Under the pieces are notes generated by a model that worked only from the letters and a program-made list of their open reading frames with translations, was not told the DNA's origin and made no database searches. From the IMG/VR virus record IMGVR_UViG_3300021400_000004: DNA of 20,000 nucleotides; one strand, given 5' to 3'. Source of the stretch: an uncultured virus (IMG/VR IMGVR_UViG_3300021400_000004) (lineage: Duplodnaviria; Heunggongvirae; Uroviricota; Caudoviricetes). Positions 15,544 through 20,000 of this stretch are shown here, piece by piece (the first letter of the stretch is position 1; each line of letters opens with the position of its first letter). Both the position numbers and the translations under genes were made by a program.

Positions 15544-15572
15544 ATTATAATAAAAATTTTTTAAAAATTCAA
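15544..15572 (-). promoter_or_regulatory. Class-1 promoter
   Basis: TTGAAT-17-TATAAT-ATATATAGAAAA. Confidence 0.8.
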
Positions 15573-15582
15573 ATAAATAAAA

Positions 15583-16254
15583 TTACCAATCACAATAACA
15601 ATCTAATGTTCCTGACGCGCAACCGCAATCATAGACTTTTCCATATTTACCAAAAGGTGTTAATATAACTGAACCTTTTTCATGATCGCTTGAAGCTAAA
15701 CATATATATCCATCTTGGTCACAAACAAAACCATCTTCATCTACATACCGCCCAGGGATGTCAAGGCCGCCGCCAGGTAATACTCGCTGACTATAATAAG
15801 TCCATTTGTATCCATCCCAATAAATGACTCCCATCCAAATAAAGTCTGCGGGATCATAATCTCCTGATACATATTCTTCTGTTTCTTCTTCAATAGCATC
15901 TGAATCAGTTGCAATTACTTCTTCTACTTCTTCTTCAATGATAGCGGGAGGGACATAAGGCATTTCTTCTTCTGTATATGCCTGTTCTTCTATCTTTTCT
16001 TCTGTTGAAAATGTAGGTTCTTCTGTGATTTCTTCTTCGGTTGTTGTTATAGTAGTTATTTCAGTTGTAGTAACTGTGGAGGTAACTACCTCTGTTGTTA
16101 ATTCTATTTGAGTACCTTCTACAGTTGAGGCTTCCTCCACCTTAACTATTTTTTCTTTAGTTGATTTTTGCAATGATGCAAAAATTATTAATCCAACTAT
16201 ACTTAATATTATAACTGCTAAACTTACTATAATTTTTACTCTCTGATGTTTCAT
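15583..16254 (-). CDS. Membrane-anchored protein with Thr/Glu-rich linker and C-terminal 3D (DPBB)-like domain
   Basis: N-terminal TM helix; C-terminal TYY...LASSD...GSVILTPFG...VYDCG...LDCY. Confidence 0.65.
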   Translation of the reverse strand: MKHQRVKIIVSLAVIILSIVGLIIFASLQKSTKEKIVKVEEASTVEGTQIELTTEVVTSTVTTTEITTITTTEEEITEEPTFSTEEKIEEQAYTEEEMPYVPPAIIEEEVEEVIATDSDAIEEETEEYVSGDYDPADFIWMGVIYWDGYKWTYYSQRVLPGGGLDIPGRYVDEDGFVCDQDGYICLASSDHEKGSVILTPFGKYGKVYDCGCASGTLDCYCDW

Positions 16255-16388
16255 TAATTTTCTCCTTTTTCTTTCTTAATGTTTAATAACAAACCTATAC
16301 AAAGAAAATATCGAAAAACGCTTGAAACTGTCACTTTCTTTTAACGCATTTTTCCCAGTATTTAAGATATTCTTCTCTTGTGGTTATT

Positions 16389-16430
16389 TATATTTAAAAA
16401 ACTATATTTATAGTTTTATTTAAAATGTCC
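16389..16430 (-). promoter_or_regulatory. Class-2 promoter-like motif, copy 5
   Basis: GGACA-N24-TTTTTTAAATATA. Confidence 0.55.
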
Positions 16431-16722
16431 AATGATGATCACGCGCTTGTTTATTTAGCCACAATAAAAATTTATGCGCATCCGCATAATTATCCCATTC
16501 ATACAAAAGTAAAGAAACTCCACAAGGAGTAGTTGGATAAAATGCAGTTATGGTAGCATGAAACTCGTTCTTTAACTTTAATACCCAATCTTCAAGAGAA
16601 ATGCCTAAGAAGCGGGCAGGAACCCACCATCCATTACTATAATGAGCAAGATCTGAGTATTCTCCTACATGCCACTTTCCAATAGCATCTTGATATTCAG
16701 TTGCTTTATAAGGACGAGCCAT
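16420..16722 (-). CDS. Hypothetical protein
   Basis: 100-aa ORF, AAAGGGG RBS. Confidence 0.8.
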   Translation of the reverse strand: MARPYKATEYQDAIGKWHVGEYSDLAHYSNGWWVPARFLGISLEDWVLKLKNEFHATITAFYPTTPCGVSLLLYEWDNYADAHKFLLWLNKQARDHHWTF

Positions 16723-16734
16723 ATTTACCCCTTT

Positions 16735-17019
16735 CTAAAGACCTAATCTTTCCATTAAATTTTTTACATTAGCTATTTCTTCTTCTGTTGGCATATCTGA
16801 AACAGGAGAAGTTGATGGCGGCGCCTGCTCGCTCTCTGTGGCATTACCTACATTCACCTTCGCGCAAGTCAATGCAACCTTAATTTCAACTATTTCACCA
16901 TTCTCTTCTATTGGTATACGAAGTTCTTTTCCTCCATATATAAAAGCATTAGGGAAAATTTCAAGTATTTTATTAGTTATCTGTTCTTTTGCAATACTTC
17001 CTTTAGCCATTTTATTCAC
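16735..17019 (-). CDS. Hypothetical protein
   Basis: 94-aa ORF tightly packed in operon. Confidence 0.8.
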   Translation of the reverse strand: MNKMAKGSIAKEQITNKILEIFPNAFIYGGKELRIPIEENGEIVEIKVALTCAKVNVGNATESEQAPPSTSPVSDMPTEEEIANVKNLMERLGL

Positions 17020-17028
17020 AGTTCCTTT

Positions 17029-17304
17029 CTAATTTTTTAAATTCTCGTCTGTTATAATTGTTATTACAAATAAGTCAGTTTTACTTGGCAAAGTAATTTT
17101 TATATCAGCGATATAAAATTCGTAATCCTTGCAGTAATCATCTCCAATTTCTTCACTAAAATCATTAAAAGAGCAAGGAACTTTAAGAAGCTGAATTTTC
17201 TTTATAGCTGCAATAAAATTTTCTACTCCTGATTTCATCATAAAACAGTAATATGGTTCCTTTTCATCCCAAAATTGATATTTAACTAAAGCTTCCATTT
17301 CCAT
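17029..17304 (-). CDS. Hypothetical protein
   Basis: 91-aa ORF, AAGGAG RBS. Confidence 0.8.
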   Translation of the reverse strand: MEMEALVKYQFWDEKEPYYCFMMKSGVENFIAAIKKIQLLKVPCSFNDFSEEIGDDYCKDYEFYIADIKITLPSKTDLFVITIITDENLKN

Positions 17305-17336
17305 ACTTAATATCTCCTTTCTTATTTTCTATAATA

Positions 17337-17365
17337 ATTATAATAAAAAATAATAAAAAAATCAA
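17337..17365 (-). promoter_or_regulatory. Class-1 promoter
   Basis: TTGATT-17-TATAAT. Confidence 0.7.
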
Positions 17366-17366
17366 A

Positions 17367-18191
17367 TTAAGCATTTTTATTTGGTTTAATAAAAGTATTA
17401 GTTTCTTCCATCCTTTTAGTGAAATCTTTCATTGCGCGACATACTGAGCAACTTCCGCCAGTAATACACCTTTTATTACATTTGCTTCTTAATAATCCAA
17501 AATGACTTGGAAGGCGGCGGGAGTCTAAATCTTCTGATAATCCTATGATTATTTCTGATAAATTACCAAACCAATAGCCTCTCTTATAGACTTCGTATAG
17601 AGTTTCTTGAATATCTTTATCTCCTATAAATTCAATAGAAGCATACTCTTCATAGATATTCACATCTTCAGGTCTTATAAAGAACGCGCGAATACTTGGT
17701 TTATCTTCATATGCGGTTTGCGCTATATTCGCCACTAATCTTAACTTTGTGTCGCCGCAGACCGCCTTCGCGCTTGGTAAACAAAATCCTAACATATTAG
17801 TAAGATATACTTCACTTGGAGAGAGAGTTAAAATAGCTTGTAAATCCTCCCAATTAGATATATAATTTGTAAACATATAAGTATTAGTAATGTCTTTTAA
17901 AGCATTAATTCTTATTTGTTTCATTTCTTCTGGAATCGTGATCATACTAACTGGCATCTGCAAAGTCCAATTAGAATATTTTTCTTTTAACTCTTTAAAT
18001 CTATTTAATATTTCTTTGTCACTAAAGAAATCTGTCTTTTCTGTTATGTCTATATAAATATGTTGACTTGAGTGACGTTCTAAAAATTCTTCAAGAGTTT
18101 CATCATTTGGATTAAAGCTTATTCGTATTTGCGGGACCTCGTCTAATATTTCCTTAGACATGTCCGGCGCACAATAATTAATACATAACAT
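17367..18191 (-). CDS. Peptidase U32-like protein with C-terminal Cys cluster
   Basis: 274 aa; FIRPEDVNIYE and CNKRCITGGSCSVC motifs; family assignment from memory. Confidence 0.5.
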   Translation of the reverse strand: MLCINYCAPDMSKEILDEVPQIRISFNPNDETLEEFLERHSSQHIYIDITEKTDFFSDKEILNRFKELKEKYSNWTLQMPVSMITIPEEMKQIRINALKDITNTYMFTNYISNWEDLQAILTLSPSEVYLTNMLGFCLPSAKAVCGDTKLRLVANIAQTAYEDKPSIRAFFIRPEDVNIYEEYASIEFIGDKDIQETLYEVYKRGYWFGNLSEIIIGLSEDLDSRRLPSHFGLLRSKCNKRCITGGSCSVCRAMKDFTKRMEETNTFIKPNKNA

Positions 18192-18209
18192 ATTTATTCT
18201 CCTTTATAT

Positions 18210-18242
18210 AAAAAGTGGGGCAGTATCTGAATATACTGCCCC
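18210..18242 (-). terminator. Rho-independent terminator
   Basis: GGGGCAGTAT-ATTCAG-ATACTGCCCC-ACTTTTT. Confidence 0.85.
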
Positions 18243-18334
18243 GAGGTCACATCAGCCGAGGAGGGAGATTCGGCGATGATATATGTCAACATAAAAAGGT
18301 AGGAGGGCTACCTATTTATGTTTTAAACTAAATA

Positions 18335-18733
18335 TTACTCAGCATCGACAGTGTATGCTACAACCTTTCGATTGTCCCCTGTCTTAACTTCTACCTTAGC
18401 TACTACTCCGTCCTTAACAAACTTTGATGCCCTATAACGAACCTTTGCTACTGTTGCTTCAGGGAACTCGTCAATAACCTTCTCAACGATACCCTCTGCT
18501 GTAATTGGCTCCTCTGCATCCTCGATAGCTACCTTAACTGCATCACCGAGTGCATCGCCCTCAGCCTTCTTAGCTGCCCTGCGCGCCTTTTCCTTCTCTG
18601 CTCTTGCGTCGATAGCTGCTACTTCCTTATCAATAAACTCTACATAATCAGCTACATCTGCTGCATCAAAATTCTTCTCAAGAACTTCCTTAATTCCTGC
18701 ATACATATCTTTCTTTGTCATCTTATCAGCCAT
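18335..18733 (-). CDS. Winged-helix-like DNA-binding protein (paralog A)
   Basis: MTKKDMY...FIDKEVAAID...PITAEGIV...TVAKVRY...KVVAY. Confidence 0.7.
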   Translation of the reverse strand: MADKMTKKDMYAGIKEVLEKNFDAADVADYVEFIDKEVAAIDARAEKEKARRAAKKAEGDALGDAVKVAIEDAEEPITAEGIVEKVIDEFPEATVAKVRYRASKFVKDGVVAKVEVKTGDNRKVVAYTVDAE

Positions 18734-18774
18734 AATTATATCTCCTTTTTTCTCTCTTTTCATTTTCTATAATT

Positions 18775-18803
18775 ATTATACGAAAAATTTTTTAAATTTT
18801 CAA
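18775..18803 (-). promoter_or_regulatory. Class-1 promoter
   Basis: TTGAAA-17-TATAAT, directly after hairpin AGCGGTGG/CCACCGCT (18803-18827). Confidence 0.8.
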
Positions 18804-18837
18804 GCGGTGGTGTTTTGAGCCACCGCTCATTTTTCTA

Positions 18838-19194
18838 TTACTCGGCGATTGCGTAAGTCATAATCTTGCGCTCGCCAACCTTAGCCTTCTCTTTAACAAT
18901 AGTTCCATCCTCAATAAGAGGTTTAATGTGGTAAACAACCTTTGCGCTAGTGTAAGCGCCGCCCATTCCGCCAACAAGCTCTACAAGAGTAATAGGTCTT
19001 GCCGCGTCTCTAAGGATATCAACTGCATGAAGTCTTATAGCCTCTCCCTCCGCAGCAGTCTTCTCATTTCTCTTTGCTTTAGCCTTTCCCGCCTTAACAT
19101 CAAGATTAGCAATCTCCTTATTAAGAAAAGCTACATAAGCATCATTACCATTTACAAGTTTCTTAATCTTCTCAAAATACTCTCTCTTAGTCAT
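18838..19194 (-). CDS. Winged-helix-like DNA-binding protein (paralog B)
   Basis: MTKREYF...FLNKEIANLD...PITLVELV...TSAKVVY...KIMTY. Confidence 0.7.
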   Translation of the reverse strand: MTKREYFEKIKKLVNGNDAYVAFLNKEIANLDVKAGKAKAKRNEKTAAEGEAIRLHAVDILRDAARPITLVELVGGMGGAYTSAKVVYHIKPLIEDGTIVKEKAKVGERKIMTYAIAE

Positions 19195-19246
19195 AATTAG
19201 CACCTCTTTCATTTTTTAATTATTTCTTGTTTCATTTTCTATATTT

Positions 19247-19275
19247 ATTATACTAAAAAATTTTTTAAATTTCAA
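19247..19275 (-). promoter_or_regulatory. Class-1 promoter
   Basis: TTGAAA-17-TATAAT. Confidence 0.8.
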
Positions 19276-19290
19276 ATGCGGTTTTTATTT

Positions 19291-19560
19291 TTACTTATGT
19301 CTTGTTCTATACTTCTTCATCTTTCTACCATATCTCTTTGCTGCGCGGTTTGCAATAAGGCTATTTCCATCAAAATTACTGAAATAATGAGTTGCCCACT
19401 GCTCAGGAGTTCTATATATAAACTCACCACCGCCAAGATAAGACGAAAATTCATCTTTACTATATCCATTTTCAATAGCATCTATAACCTGAGAGTAGAT
19501 TATCTCTGTACACTCTCTTGCTATTTTTGACCAACTTGGTGCATGGTATGTATATTTCAT
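19291..19560 (-). CDS. Hypothetical protein
   Basis: Likely start MKYTYH after GAGAGG; basic C-terminus. Confidence 0.75.
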   Translation of the reverse strand: MKYTYHAPSWSKIARECTEIIYSQVIDAIENGYSKDEFSSYLGGGEFIYRTPEQWATHYFSNFDGNSLIANRAAKRYGRKMKKYRTRHK

Positions 19561-19591
19561 AATTTTTTCCTCTCTTTCATTTTCTATATAT

Positions 19592-19620
19592 ATTATAATA
19601 AAAATTTTATTAAAAATCAA
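19592..19620 (-). promoter_or_regulatory. Class-1 promoter
   Basis: TTGATT-17-TATAAT-ATATATAGAAAA. Confidence 0.75.
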
Positions 19621-20000
19621 AAATCACTACCTTCATATCCGCTAAAATCAAATACAACGGGGCGGTCGCCTATATAACCTACATTACCATTATGGAGATC
19701 ATTGATATTATGTTCATCTATAAAATTTCCAAAATGTTCAAACTCCATCTCACCATAATAATCAATAAAGCTTTTTATCCAAATGATACTAAGTCTTGCT
19801 GTACCATAATAATCATTTGATTTTCCAGTAAGCTTCTTTCTTTCATCAGGAGTTATATCTTTTAATTCTTTTATTTTTGTCTGATCAGTAGATTCAAGAA
19901 TATCTTCTAATACCTCTACCTTTTTCTGATAGTAAACTGGAACTCTTTTACCATTATTACATTTAATATAATCAAAGAATTTAGTTTCTGCAAAAAAATC
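19617..20000 (-). CDS. Protein-kinase-like protein, 5'-truncated
   Basis: Not in track; open frame DFFAETKFFD...PVYYQKKV...INDLHNGNVGYIGDRPVVFDFSGYEGSDF*; DLHxxN catalytic loop plus DFS. Confidence 0.7.
   Translation of the reverse strand, partial: DFFAETKFFDYIKCNNGKRVPVYYQKKVEVLEDILESTDQTKIKELKDITPDERKKLTGKSNDYYGTARLSIIWIKSFIDYYGEMEFEHFGNFIDEHNINDLHNGNVGYIGDRPVVFDFSGYEGSDF

Noticed and set aside
1290..19530. All plus-strand ORFs in the track
   Set aside because: Antisense to better genes or RNA elements, no RBS noticed, no recognisable motifs
9599..19620. AT-rich repeats as a CRISPR array
   Set aside because: Dispersed and irregularly spaced, with -35/-10 promoter architecture; no cas genes
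1..20000. Stop-codon reassignment
   Set aside because: Genes are intact in the standard code, TAG and TGA end genes, and no suppressor tRNA was found

Overview
AT-rich segment of a large tailed bacteriophage, probably of a Bacillota/Clostridia host (inferred from sigmaA-type promoters, GGAGG RBSs and CCA-less tRNA genes). Every supportable gene is on the minus strand. 1-8.9 kb holds tail-fibre/virion accessory genes and a cassette of hypothetical genes. 8.95-15.35 kb is an RNA-gene island: 9 tRNAs, 3 tRNA-like RNAs with aberrant anticodon arms, a ~630-nt RNA closed by a 28-bp stem (ROOL/GOLLD-like), many stem-closed small RNA modules and two homing-endonuclease-like genes. 15.4-20 kb holds small genes, a 3D-domain membrane protein, a U32-like protein and a partial kinase-like gene. 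The standout is a tRNA-Tyr split inside its anticodon by a 435-nt insert. The insert encodes a PD-(D/E)XK endonuclease, has no room for a separate group I ribozyme, and its ends fold into a tRNA acceptor stem plus canonical T-arm. This suggests a tRNA-mimic intron excised by RNase P/RNase Z. Two repeated promoter classes are also visible. All calls are by eye; no searches were run.
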